NCBI GenBank assembly: GCA_013166835.1
Contig: JABLTI010000025.1
Coordinates: forward strand, 5,676 to 29,675
Direction of reading: 5' to 3'
From: Promethearchaeati archaeon
Lineage (GTDB): Archaea; Asgardarchaeota; Heimdallarchaeia; JABLTI01
DNA length: 24,000 nucleotides
Position numbers and translations under genes: made by a program. The notes beneath the pieces were generated by a model. The model was not told where the DNA came from and did no database searches. It worked only from the letters and a program-made list of their open reading frames with translations. This document shows, in pieces, positions 1 to 8,564 of the stretch; position 1 is the first letter of the stretch, and each line of letters opens with the position of its first letter.

Positions 1-645
1 ATAAGCACTGGATCATGTTATATCTGTGTTGATAAGAAGGGTGATCGAATGATTATGGCCTACAGTGGTGCAGCAGATACTTTAGCGATTGGTGATTTAC
101 CACTTGAATTATTTGCAAAAGCAAACTGGGTAAACTTGTCTGATCTAAGGAATATTGCATCCATTGAAGCCTTACTTGAAAGTGATATTGAGATCAATTT
201 CTCTATGAGTCCCGGAGCTCTTATTGCTCAGAATCCGAGCAGAGCATATCGATTAGCACAAAAGGCGAAACTCATTGTAGCTAGTGTAGATGAAATAACT
301 CAAATCTTTCGATGTGCTGAGGAAGAAATTAATGCTATAGCTGTTGATTTAATAAAGGAAAATAAGGAAAGAGTAATTGCTGTAACCAAAGGCAGCAGAG
401 GAGCAACAATTTATAGTAAAAATGAAAAAGTGAATATCCCCATTTTCAAAGTAGATGTCGTTGATACTACTGGAGCTGGAGATGCTTTCACTGCTGGAAT
501 GCTGTATGCATTAACTCGAGGAAAATCACCCAAACAAGCAGGAAGAATTGCTGCTGCTTGCTCCGCTATTTGTATTCAAGAAGTGGGTGCACGAAGTGGA
601 CCCAAAAGCAAAATGGATTTACTGAAATTCTTAAGAAAAAACTAA
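1..645 (+). CDS. PfkB-family (ribokinase-like) sugar/nucleoside kinase, 5'-truncated by the window edge
   Basis: Frame 1 is open from base 1 (ISTGSCYICVDKKGDR precedes the listed Met at 49), so the gene begins upstream of the window. It carries the PfkB C-terminal signature DTTGAGDAF and the IAVTKGSRGA strand. The stop is at 643-645. Confidence 0.85.
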   Translation: MSTGSCYICVDKKGDRMIMAYSGAADTLAIGDLPLELFAKANWVNLSDLRNIASIEALLESDIEINFSMSPGALIAQNPSRAYRLAQKAKLIVASVDEITQIFRCAEEEINAIAVDLIKENKERVIAVTKGSRGATIYSKNEKVNIPIFKVDVVDTTGAGDAFTAGMLYALTRGKSPKQAGRIAAACSAICIQEVGARSGPKSKMDLLKFLRKN

Positions 646-687
646 GAAATGTTAATAGATATCCAAATAAGTCATAATTAGTAAAGA

Positions 688-1137
688 ATGGTTGTGTTAA
701 TGATGGATGAGCCAGTTGTTACGGTTATATCTGGATCGAAATCAGATAATGAAATTGTTGAGAAAGTTGTTGGAGTTCTAAAGGAATTTGATGTTCCACA
801 TACTGCTGTTGTTTTATCTGCTCATAGAAACGCAAAAGAACTTGATGATTACCTTGCGAAAACTCCAGCAAAAGTAATAATTGCCATTGCGGGATTAGCT
901 GCAGCCCTACCAGGTGTTTGTGCAAGCAAAACAAAAAAAGTAGTAATTGGGGTTCCAGTTTCTTCTAAACTTGGTGGAATGGATGCTTTACTATCAATTG
1001 TTCAGATGCCCTCAGGAGTTCCAGTTGCAACCGTAGGAATTGATAATGGAAAAAATGCTGCATATCTAGCAATTAGAATTCTAGCTTTGAATCAAGATAA
1101 TCTAGGGGAGAAATTATGTAAGAAACTTAAGAGTTAG
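688..1137 (+). CDS. purE: PurE, N5-carboxyaminoimidazole ribonucleotide mutase / AIR carboxylase family
   Basis: 149 aa with PurE hallmarks: VISGSKSD, LSAHR, AGLAAALPGV, and VIGVP..GGMDALLSIVQMPSGVPVATVGI. ATG at 688; alternative in-frame Mets at 700 and 703. Confidence 0.9.
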   Translation: MVVLMMDEPVVTVISGSKSDNEIVEKVVGVLKEFDVPHTAVVLSAHRNAKELDDYLAKTPAKVIIAIAGLAAALPGVCASKTKKVVIGVPVSSKLGGMDALLSIVQMPSGVPVATVGIDNGKNAAYLAIRILALNQDNLGEKLCKKLKS

Positions 1138-1158
1138 TATCTCAAGGAGATTAATAAA

Positions 1159-3192
1159 ATGGTTGAAGAAGAACAGAAAGAAGATGGTATTAAAGATATA
1201 AAAGAGGTCTTTTATGATAATCTAGATAATTGGCCGACAGAGACAATTAAAAAGAACCTTTTCAGGTTGCGACCCGAGGAAGGAGCCGAAGTTTATCTTA
1301 ACTTGAGTGAAGGTTACCATGATATCACAAATCAGGGTTTAGAAGTTGAGAAGAAGTTCAGACCGAAAGTCACTATTCGTACACAAGAATTAAAGACCGA
1401 ATTAGATAGATGGAAAATTGGAGGAGGAGCTTTCTTCAGAGTAGTTGCAGATTCCCCAAATCTTAATACAGCGATGAAATTGTGTATACAATACTTCATT
1501 GTCTGGACAAGACAGCTATTTCCTTTTCAATTCAGCTTTTTGAGTATTCCATTTTTCATTGCGACACTTTTCTTGTCACAATTTACCTTAGCATATCAGC
1601 CAGAAAGTGCTACCCTCGGAACTTATCTGACGTTTTTAATCACTGGTTTGCTATTCATTTGCTTAGGTATTTGGACGTATTTTGAGGGATTGTATAAGAG
1701 ATTCATTAAAGGCTACAAGAGCTGGAAAACTGTCCCGGATAGTATGATAGGATTTGTAATACCTGGATTGCTTTTCTGGTCAACTGCTTTGGAATATGCA
1801 ATATATAATTTATCATCAACAAATTTGATAAAAACGTTAATTCCAGTCAGTGCTTGGTTATCACTTCTCATAGGAGCTGTTGTTCTATTCATTGGAACAG
1901 ATGCCTTTTTGAGAGGAGAGAAATCATATGTAGAGAAATTTTCACATCCCATGGATTATGCTCCACTCATGCTGTATTTGTATAAGAATAAAGCAGGAAA
2001 TTGGGATATAGAAGGAACTCAATTTGATTATTTCCATTATAAGACATCATTTATTCCCAAAGAGAAATTATCTTACAAAGAAGATGAAGATGAAAAGAAA
2101 GAACATCCTTGGTTCCTAATTGATAGATCGTGGCATGCTTTTAGAGAATACATCAAACCTAATATAATGATCAGATTATTTGCTAATGTAATTTTCATTA
2201 TCATTGCATGGCTGATTATCGTTGGTGTCTATGTTATTTTTGTGCTAGAGAAATTCTGGTTGGATATTGGAACACTAGAAGCTAATTTTACTCATCCAGT
2301 ATTCTTTATGCTAATCTACGTTTTACTGCCAATTATGGTTGTTTTCATGCTATGGTCAATTAGTCGAACAAGAGAATACAAGTTGCATATCTGGGAAGAC
2401 CTTTCAGAGAAAGACGATGATGAAATAATAAGAAATCATCACTTATCATATGATAGATTGCGCATTCTCTGGAACCTTCGAAATAGAGAGCACATAGGAG
2501 AACAACGATTCACCGAAATCTGGTCAAAAAGTGACTGGATAGAAGGAGACAGTTCACGTTTAGTTGCTCGAGTAAAAATGCAATTCCCATTTGACCGTTA
2601 CAAAGATTGGCACACATTAAGAGACACACAAGAAGAATTGTTATCATTAATTGCTGTCCAAACAAAAGAAGAAGAACTAAGAAAACTACATGCAGAGATT
2701 GCAGAAGTAAAAAGAGATCTACAAAAACAAATGATAGAAGGAATTGACTCAATCGAAGAAGAACTCGATGAATACTTTGATGAACAAAAAGAGGATATTG
2801 AGGAAGAAAGAGCGGAATTGAAGGAGAAACTTGGAGTAATTGAAGATACTGTCGTTGAAGAAACTGCGGTAGAAGAAATTGAAACTGAAGAAATCATTGA
2901 GGAAACTAAACCAGAAGTTATTGATACAGTTGACGAAATCATCGAAGAAATTGAAGAAGTAACCGAGGAAGTATCTGAACCAGTAGTTGAAGAAATTTTT
3001 TCGGAAACAGAAATTCCTGATATCCCAGATGTCGATGAGGAGAAAGAAGAAACACCTGTCAAAGAGGATATAGAAGATTTAGGTGTTCCTGACTTACCAC
3101 CAATAGAAGAAGATAAAAAAGAACCAGAGGAAGAAGAAGAGGAATTTACTATTCCTGACATTCCAATAGATGTAGAAAAAGAAGAAGATTAG
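1159..3192 (+). CDS. Polytopic membrane protein of unknown function with a coiled-coil and an extremely acidic C-terminal tail
   Basis: 677-aa ORF preceded by AAGGAG 8 nt upstream of the ATG, and only 21 nt after purE. A soluble N-terminus of about 110 aa is followed by about 6 hydrophobic helices (for example FLSIPFFIATLFLSQF, LTFLITGLLFICLGIW, VIFIIIAWLIIVGVYVIFVL). The last ~270 aa are soluble, and the final ~150 aa of that are E/D/I/V/P-rich. I recognise no family. Confidence 0.75.
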   Translation: MVEEEQKEDGIKDIKEVFYDNLDNWPTETIKKNLFRLRPEEGAEVYLNLSEGYHDITNQGLEVEKKFRPKVTIRTQELKTELDRWKIGGGAFFRVVADSPNLNTAMKLCIQYFIVWTRQLFPFQFSFLSIPFFIATLFLSQFTLAYQPESATLGTYLTFLITGLLFICLGIWTYFEGLYKRFIKGYKSWKTVPDSMIGFVIPGLLFWSTALEYAIYNLSSTNLIKTLIPVSAWLSLLIGAVVLFIGTDAFLRGEKSYVEKFSHPMDYAPLMLYLYKNKAGNWDIEGTQFDYFHYKTSFIPKEKLSYKEDEDEKKEHPWFLIDRSWHAFREYIKPNIMIRLFANVIFIIIAWLIIVGVYVIFVLEKFWLDIGTLEANFTHPVFFMLIYVLLPIMVVFMLWSISRTREYKLHIWEDLSEKDDDEIIRNHHLSYDRLRILWNLRNREHIGEQRFTEIWSKSDWIEGDSSRLVARVKMQFPFDRYKDWHTLRDTQEELLSLIAVQTKEEELRKLHAEIAEVKRDLQKQMIEGIDSIEEELDEYFDEQKEDIEEERAELKEKLGVIEDTVVEETAVEEIETEEIIEETKPEVIDTVDEIIEEIEEVTEEVSEPVVEEIFSETEIPDIPDVDEEKEETPVKEDIEDLGVPDLPPIEEDKKEPEEEEEEFTIPDIPIDVEKEED

Positions 3193-3206
3193 AGAGAAAC
3201 ACAGAA

Positions 3207-4163
3207 TCATTCTGTTGTTTCAACACTATTCTTTTTTCTCTTTATTTTTTCTCTCCATTTTTTCCATCTTTCTTTTAGAAGAGTTCTTGTTGTTTGATTG
3301 TCTGATTTAGCGATTTTGTTTAGGAAATTAATATCAAATTGCTGTTTCTTTGTGAAGAATTGTCTGGTAAACATGATGTTTGTAATTATACTTGTAATAA
3401 ATGAAGCAGATAATAACATCAGAAATATCACCACTTGATAAATAGCAGCTTCTACAGGAGGAATTCCGCCAATAATCATGCCAGCCATTAATCCTGGAAT
3501 AGTAACAATCCCTAATGATGCTACTCTATTAATAGTTGGAGTAAGACCTGCGCGATAACTTTCACGAAGTATGTTTTGAATAGCTCTATATGGACTATCA
3601 CCTAAAGCGAGAGCAGCTTCGATGTTTCCTTTTGATTTTATTATATCTGATTTTACTCGTTCAACTGCTATTCCTGACACTCTCATAGCAAAAGAAATAA
3701 CCATACTTCCGATAGGAATTACATATTCACCTGTTAGTCCTGTTATAGTTCCAGTTTCATTTGGTATGATTCCATCAAAACCTGGTATAACATATGAAAA
3801 CATTACTAGAGTCATAATAACAAGACTACTAGAAGTAATTGCTAGGAAACCGATTAGAAACATTCGTTGATATGGATAACTTCTTGCATTTGTAAAACCA
3901 GCGAAAAGACACATCAAAAATAAGATGAAATACAATATCCAAAGTTTACGAATACCAAAGATTAGACCTAGAATCGAGCCAAAAAGAACTACTTGTATTG
4001 TACCTCTGAGAAAACTCCAAATAAATTTCGATTCAAGTTTGGTTTTCTGCCAAAATGAAAGCCCAATCAAAACTACTAATAAAATGAATGCTAATCCGAT
4101 TCTAATCCAGATGTTTACTTGCCTTAGAGAATCCCAAATATCTATTAAAAATTGAGGAGCCAT
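3207..4163 (-). CDS. ABC transporter permease, UPF0014 / FetB(YbbM)-like, with a basic C-terminal tail
   Basis: 318-aa multi-TM protein. It is translationally coupled to the upstream ABC ATPase by a TAATG overlap at 4161-4165. Size, topology and pairing with a YbbL-like ATPase fit the FetAB-type two-gene exporter. The tail is K/R-rich (KERWKKWREKIKRKK). The family assignment is by resemblance only. Confidence 0.65.
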   Translation of the reverse strand: MAPQFLIDIWDSLRQVNIWIRIGLAFILLVVLIGLSFWQKTKLESKFIWSFLRGTIQVVLFGSILGLIFGIRKLWILYFILFLMCLFAGFTNARSYPYQRMFLIGFLAITSSSLVIMTLVMFSYVIPGFDGIIPNETGTITGLTGEYVIPIGSMVISFAMRVSGIAVERVKSDIIKSKGNIEAALALGDSPYRAIQNILRESYRAGLTPTINRVASLGIVTIPGLMAGMIIGGIPPVEAAIYQVVIFLMLLSASFITSIITNIMFTRQFFTKKQQFDINFLNKIAKSDNQTTRTLLKERWKKWREKIKRKKNSVETTE

Positions 4164-4906
4164 TATTTACCCTCCTTATTTTTGAAAAATGAACGAATTT
4201 CTTGATCATTATACCGTTTAAAGAAATCTTTTGTAGTTGTTTTTTCTATCAATAATCCTTCTTTAAGAAATAATAACTGCTCAGTTAACCGCTTAGTTTG
4301 TTCGAGAGAATGTGTAACAATAATTATTTTTATGCCTTCGGAAGCAAGTTGCTTCAAAGTGTTTTCGATAATTTCCTCTGAAACAATATCTAATGCTGTT
4401 GTTGGTTCATCCAGTAACAAAACAATGGGTTGATTTGCTAAGCTTCTTGCAAGACTTACTCGTTGCTGTTCGCCACCTGATAATCCTTCAACATCTCTTT
4501 CTAAGAAATCAGCTTCCAAACTAACAGTATCTAAAAGCTTGACTAACTCAGGATCAATATAATCAATGTTCCAGATTTTAGGACCATAGAGAAGGTTTGA
4601 TTTCACTGTACCTTTGAACAAAAACGGTCTTTGTAGCACCATTCCAATCTCTTTTCGTAAATCCTGAGATTTCATTTCAGCTATATCAGAATCTTTGAAT
4701 TTTACTATGCCTTGGGTTGGTGAGATTAACTTGTTTAGTAATCGAAGGAAGGTACTTTTCCCTGAACCGGAAGGACCAATAATGCCAGTTATGCCACTAG
4801 TGTCAATTACCACATTGATTTTTGAAAGAATTACTTTACCATCGATATCAAAACAAACATCTTCTAACGAGAAGAGATTCGAGAAGGAATCTTTTATAGA
4901 ACTCAT
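4163..4906 (-). CDS. ABC transporter ATP-binding protein, FetA(YbbL)-like
   Basis: Walker A GPSGSGKST, ABC signature LSGGEQQRVSLARSL, Walker B LLLDEPTTALD, and H-loop VTHS. 247 aa. Its stop overlaps the permease start. Confidence 0.85.
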   Translation of the reverse strand: MSSIKDSFSNLFSLEDVCFDIDGKVILSKINVVIDTSGITGIIGPSGSGKSTFLRLLNKLISPTQGIVKFKDSDIAEMKSQDLRKEIGMVLQRPFLFKGTVKSNLLYGPKIWNIDYIDPELVKLLDTVSLEADFLERDVEGLSGGEQQRVSLARSLANQPIVLLLDEPTTALDIVSEEIIENTLKQLASEGIKIIIVTHSLEQTKRLTEQLLFLKEGLLIEKTTTKDFFKRYNDQEIRSFFKNKEGK

Positions 4907-4963
4907 AATTTCAATAAAGAATATGAAATAATTTTAACTTTTCCGAGAAAAAAGAAACAGAGT

Positions 4964-5362
4964 CTATTTCTTCTTTGGTTCAAAATCTGTTTGGAATATT
5001 TTATTCACAATTTTCCATTCATCATCAGAGATTTTAACTATATTCAAGTAATCAGTGTAAACTATAATTCCTTTTGTTCCTTCTATAACTGTTCTTACTT
5101 TAGCATTCGCAACAGATTTGTAAATATCCAAATTAAGGATTTCTGCTTTCTTTTTAGCACCAGGATCATCTGAAGGTCCTGCAAACCATTCTCTCCAAAT
5201 AGATCGAGGATAAACAACTACTTCTTTTTGGGCATTTATACCAAACATATGACAATCGGCATGCCATGCTTTCTCTACTAATTCGAATTTTCGATTGTTT
5301 TGACCATTCAAATAATTCCAAACAGTCTCAACTATTAGTTCTTTATCTTTCGTATCAGTCAT
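4964..5362 (-). CDS. NTF2-like / SnoaL-like small protein (putative lumazine-binding family type)
   Basis: 132 aa. The pattern VETVWNYLNG...AWHADCHMFG...NAKVRTV...YTDYLNIVKISDEWKIVNKIF matches the cone-shaped NTF2-fold family that ends in ..DYLsLlK..geWkIvnK.F. It starts 10 nt downstream of the PurP paralogue on the same strand. Confidence 0.6.
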   Translation of the reverse strand: MTDTKDKELIVETVWNYLNGQNNRKFELVEKAWHADCHMFGINAQKEVVVYPRSIWREWFAGPSDDPGAKKKAEILNLDIYKSVANAKVRTVIEGTKGIIVYTDYLNIVKISDDEWKIVNKIFQTDFEPKKK

Positions 5363-5372
5363 TACAGAACCC

Positions 5373-6635
5373 CTATGTTACTATTTTTGATAATTTTCCA
5401 GTCTTAAATGCCTGACAGATTTCTATCATTGGTAAATCAATTGGAGAAGTTATCTGATTGACACCTTTTGGCAAGTATTTCTGATATTTCAAAGTTAAAC
5501 TATTCATCTGAGGACTAGCAGCTACTGCAGGATCACCGGGAACTCTCATACTAATATCAAATACAACCCAATCAGGTCGATTATCCTTTGGGCTAATTGG
5601 AACCGCTCCTTGTAGGCCAAATAAACCAATCATACCTGGAGGATATAATTTTGCAACAGTTTCCAAGAACTTGGGTATGGATCCTACTACTTCGCCCATT
5701 TTTGATTCTCGCATAGTAGCCATGGTATGTCCAATTTCTTCGTTTTTAATCTTGATTTTATCACCAATTTGCTGCTGGATTTTTGCTGGTAAATTCAAGA
5801 AACCACTACTATTTGTTTGCATTCTTTGACCAAAACCAACAAAATCCCAATCAACTATTGGATTTCTAAATGGATCATGTTCGTGTTTTAACCAATTAAT
5901 ACCATCAGTTAGTTTGTAACCTTTAGCTTTTCCTTTGTTTAAACCAGATGCCCAACCATTGCAGTTGAAATAAGGACCAATAATAAATTCCTCTATACGA
6001 GCTTCAGCTAAAGTTTGATCATTGATTAGCCCTTTTACTTTCATAGCTTCGGCTTGCTCATGATAATCATCTTCAGAAGTTATGTAGAAGAAAGCTCTCT
6101 CAAGAGGATTATCTGCTTGTTGAACCTTAACTAATGCTACTGGGACTTCCTTATCAATCCCGATTATATCTAATTCATCTTTACTAATTTCTCTTGGAGA
6201 CCTAATACCAGAGCGCTTCAAGATTCCATATTGATCAATGTATTCTTTTTCGTTTGTTGTTCTATCCTCACTCTTAAGCAAGAATCTGTTTCCGTATATG
6301 GGAATTTTTAATTCGTTTTCAACTTTTTCCGCTGAAAGATAGACAACAAGAGATCGATTAGGAATTAGAATACCGTTCTTCTCAAGTAGCTCATTTTGTA
6401 TTGAATCAAACAACATTTGATCCCATTCATCGACAACAATAGTCTCATCAAAAAGATGGCATTGTTCCTCGAGATACTGTCTTTCTCTTCCCTTCTTTAC
6501 AACAACTATGTTATTCAAACCCATTCTTTTGGAAGAGAGTCCAGTCTCTATTGCTGAATGACTTCCAAAAATGACAATTGTTGGTTTTTCTTTATACTCA
6601 CTTACTAAATGTTGCATTTCTTTTCTTTTGATCAA
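5373..6635 (-). CDS. PurP-family ATP-grasp protein, divergent long paralogue (FAICAR synthetase-like)
   Basis: 420 aa. PurP-type blocks: TIVIFGSHSA at the N-terminus, IPIYGNR, ARIEEFIIGPYFN, and YPPGMIGLFGLQG...VVFDISMRVPG. It has insertions relative to the neighbouring paralogue. The TTG start at 6635 has a strong GGAGGAG 8 nt upstream, inside the 3' end of the preceding gene. An alternative ATG lies at 6617. Confidence 0.75.
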   Translation of the reverse strand: MIKRKEMQHLVSEYKEKPTIVIFGSHSAIETGLSSKRMGLNNIVVVKKGRERQYLEEQCHLFDETIVVDEWDQMLFDSIQNELLEKNGILIPNRSLVVYLSAEKVENELKIPIYGNRFLLKSEDRTTNEKEYIDQYGILKRSGIRSPREISKDELDIIGIDKEVPVALVKVQQADNPLERAFFYITSEDDYHEQAEAMKVKGLINDQTLAEARIEEFIIGPYFNCNGWASGLNKGKAKGYKLTDGINWLKHEHDPFRNPIVDWDFVGFGQRMQTNSSGFLNLPAKIQQQIGDKIKIKNEEIGHTMATMRESKMGEVVGSIPKFLETVAKLYPPGMIGLFGLQGAVPISPKDNRPDWVVFDISMRVPGDPAVAASPQMNSLTLKYQKYLPKGVNQITSPIDLPMIEICQAFKTGKLSKIVT

Positions 6636-7643
6636 TTAAATCTCCTCCAACTTAGGGGAATCAACAGTTATCAAATCTATTTTCTTTTTCTCATAAGCTT
6701 CCTTAATCTCTCGAGCAATGCGTTTACCCATATACATAGGTTCACCCCAGAGATTGTTAGCATAAGTATTTCCATACGGAACCCAAACAGTAGTTCCCGC
6801 AACAATTCTTCCTGAAAATTCAAAAGCATAAATTTTAGGATCAGTGGTTACAATTGTTTCGATACAGAATGGACCAACCAATCCAGTTTGTTCCACAAAA
6901 TTCCTGCCCATGTGATGGTATTCAGGAACTAACGATTCTCGGACAACAATGGGAATATTACCAATAACTGTAAATGAAGGTTCATCTGTAGAAACGAGAT
7001 GTTGGGAATTAGCATTAGATTCAAGTCTACGATCAAATCCTAATAATTCGCATCGTTTTTCTATTGGGGAACTGAAATAATGAGCATAAACAGATACTCC
7101 ACTAATATATTCTTGAATGAAATCTATGTTCTTACCCTTACTTTTCTTCTGGAAATCTGCTTTATTGTTAGCAATAAAGTATCCTTTTCCACCTTCTGCT
7201 CCATGTAATTTTACCATAACTGGGCGATCAATTGCTTCACTATCTGAAAAAACCTTTGGAGTATTAATTCCAGAAGCTATAAGCAATTCAGAGTTGCGAT
7301 TTCTATCTCCTTCATATCCAAGAATTTTTACTCCGCCAAGAATAGGATGCTTTAATTGTTTTAACTCAGCCACAGATAAATAACGAACAAATGATCCATG
7401 AGGAACAATAACTACATCTCCATCAAGGGAATTAAAAGCTTTAACAGTTGCTTTAGAATCGCTGTAGTCTTTCACTCGTATGATATTAATTTGGTTCAAA
7501 AAATCCGGATATTGTGACCAGAGTTCCCAATCTCTATCAAAACAAACAACATAAACTTCCAATCCTTCTTCAATTGCTCCAGGAATAATATTATAAAAAG
7601 AAGAGTGTGAACTGGTTGTTGCGATAACTGCTTTTGATCCCAT
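6636..7643 (-). CDS. purP: PurP, 5-formaminoimidazole-4-carboxamide ribonucleotide (FAICAR) synthetase, ATP-grasp
   Basis: 335 aa with the archaeal PurP pattern as I recall it from the M. jannaschii enzyme: VIATTSSHS, VVIVPHGSF, VKLHGAEGGKGYFIA, IQEYISGV, GNIPIVVRESLVPE, GLVGPFCIE, and MGKRIAREIKEA. GTGAGATC (SD-like) lies directly upstream of the ATG at 7643. Confidence 0.85.
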   Translation of the reverse strand: MGSKAVIATTSSHSSFYNIIPGAIEEGLEVYVVCFDRDWELWSQYPDFLNQINIIRVKDYSDSKATVKAFNSLDGDVVIVPHGSFVRYLSVAELKQLKHPILGGVKILGYEGDRNRNSELLIASGINTPKVFSDSEAIDRPVMVKLHGAEGGKGYFIANNKADFQKKSKGKNIDFIQEYISGVSVYAHYFSSPIEKRCELLGFDRRLESNANSQHLVSTDEPSFTVIGNIPIVVRESLVPEYHHMGRNFVEQTGLVGPFCIETIVTTDPKIYAFEFSGRIVAGTTVWVPYGNTYANNLWGEPMYMGKRIAREIKEAYEKKKIDLITVDSPKLEEI

Positions 7644-7707
7644 GATCTCACGACAATTTAAAGTATGGTTTGACAGAAATTAAAGTTCCTATAAAAAATT
7701 ATTGAAG

Positions 7708-7738
7708 AAATCACTTATCATGTAAAAAAAATCACTTA
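7708..7738. promoter_or_regulatory. Two exact copies of AAATCACTTA spaced 21 bp apart in the divergent purP / DUF47-pit intergenic region
   Basis: AAATCACTTA occurs at 7708-7717 and 7729-7738 (start-to-start 21 bp, about two helical turns). The copies lie between the TATA-like boxes of the two divergent units (about 7690-7700 for the minus strand, about 7809-7818 for the plus strand). This is a candidate transcription-factor site; chance cannot be excluded in AT-rich DNA. Confidence 0.3.
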
Positions 7739-7855
7739 AAATTTGATTGTGATACGATATTTTCGCGCAAATCATTATGCGGATAAATTTTTAATTACGA
7801 GACAAATCTTTTAAATTAACAGCATTCTAGCAATCGCAAGAAAGAAGTGAATAAC

Positions 7856-8530
7856 ATGGGAAGAATAAGAATAAGTGGTTTTTTAAGAAAAAGAGCAGAA
7901 GATGAAATGCATCTAAAAATAACTAATCATTTATCAAGAATACAAATTGGAACAAAAGCACTGTTGAGAGCAGTAATAGCCTGGAGAAACAAGAAGTTAA
8001 TTGAACTTGATAAAGAGGTTGGAATTGTAGGTGCAGAAGAAAATGCAGCAGATCATTTGTTAGCTGAAATATGGTTGGAGTTAACAAAAGGAACATTAAA
8101 AACAAAATTACGATCAAATATTTTGACTTTTGTTAAAAGAGTTGATGAAATAGCTAATTATGCAAAGAGAGCAGCAGAAAATATCCTTATCTTACATAAA
8201 TTAGAGTTGCCTGATCATATTTTTGATGAAATAGAAAAAGTGTGTGAACTAATTAATATAGCAACGGATAAACTTGCAGAGGCTCTTCTAATCTATAGAA
8301 AAGACATTCAAAGAACTGTTGATATTACAACAGAAATAAGCTTCTTAGAACATCAAGTAGATGGACTTTATTCTCGATTGAAGAATCACTATTTTGATTA
8401 TCACAAGTACTCAGATAATTTCGCTGGTTTAGTGATTTTTGATCACGCTATGATTGATTTGGAAAAAGCAGCAAATTCTGCTGAAGATGCTTCTGATGTG
8501 TTACGATCAATTGTTATTAGTGAAGTTTAG
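7856..8530 (+). CDS. DUF47 / PhoU-like putative phosphate-transport regulator (PiT-associated, YkaA/PitR type)
   Basis: All-helical protein of about 224 aa immediately upstream of a PiT gene, which is the classical DUF47-PiT pairing. It has a C-terminal acidic helix, DLEKAANSAEDASDVLRSIVI. The track starts at a GTG at 7847. I prefer the ATG at 7856 because AAGTGA (SD-like) lies 5 nt upstream of it and a TTTTAAATT box sits at about 7809. Confidence 0.7.
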   Translation: MGRIRISGFLRKRAEDEMHLKITNHLSRIQIGTKALLRAVIAWRNKKLIELDKEVGIVGAEENAADHLLAEIWLELTKGTLKTKLRSNILTFVKRVDEIANYAKRAAENILILHKLELPDHIFDEIEKVCELINIATDKLAEALLIYRKDIQRTVDITTEISFLEHQVDGLYSRLKNHYFDYHKYSDNFAGLVIFDHAMIDLEKAANSAEDASDVLRSIVISEV

Positions 8531-8564
8531 AATAAAATTTAGGAAATTCAAAAGTAACCTTGGG

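Noticed and set aside
2598-3161. 187-aa Ser-rich ORF on the minus strand (and the 80-aa ORF at 2510-2752)
   Set aside because: It is the antisense reading of the GAA/GAG-rich acidic-tail coding region (TTC/CTC read as Ser/Leu in other frames). It is low-complexity, has no start context, and lies fully inside a well-supported plus-strand gene.
8454-8564. Upstream 37-codon extension of the PiT ORF that overlaps the DUF47 gene
   Set aside because: The extension (MIWKKQQILLKMLLMCYDQ...) overlaps the DUF47 3' end by 77 nt and does not resemble a PiT N-terminus. The first TM helix begins right after ATG 8565.
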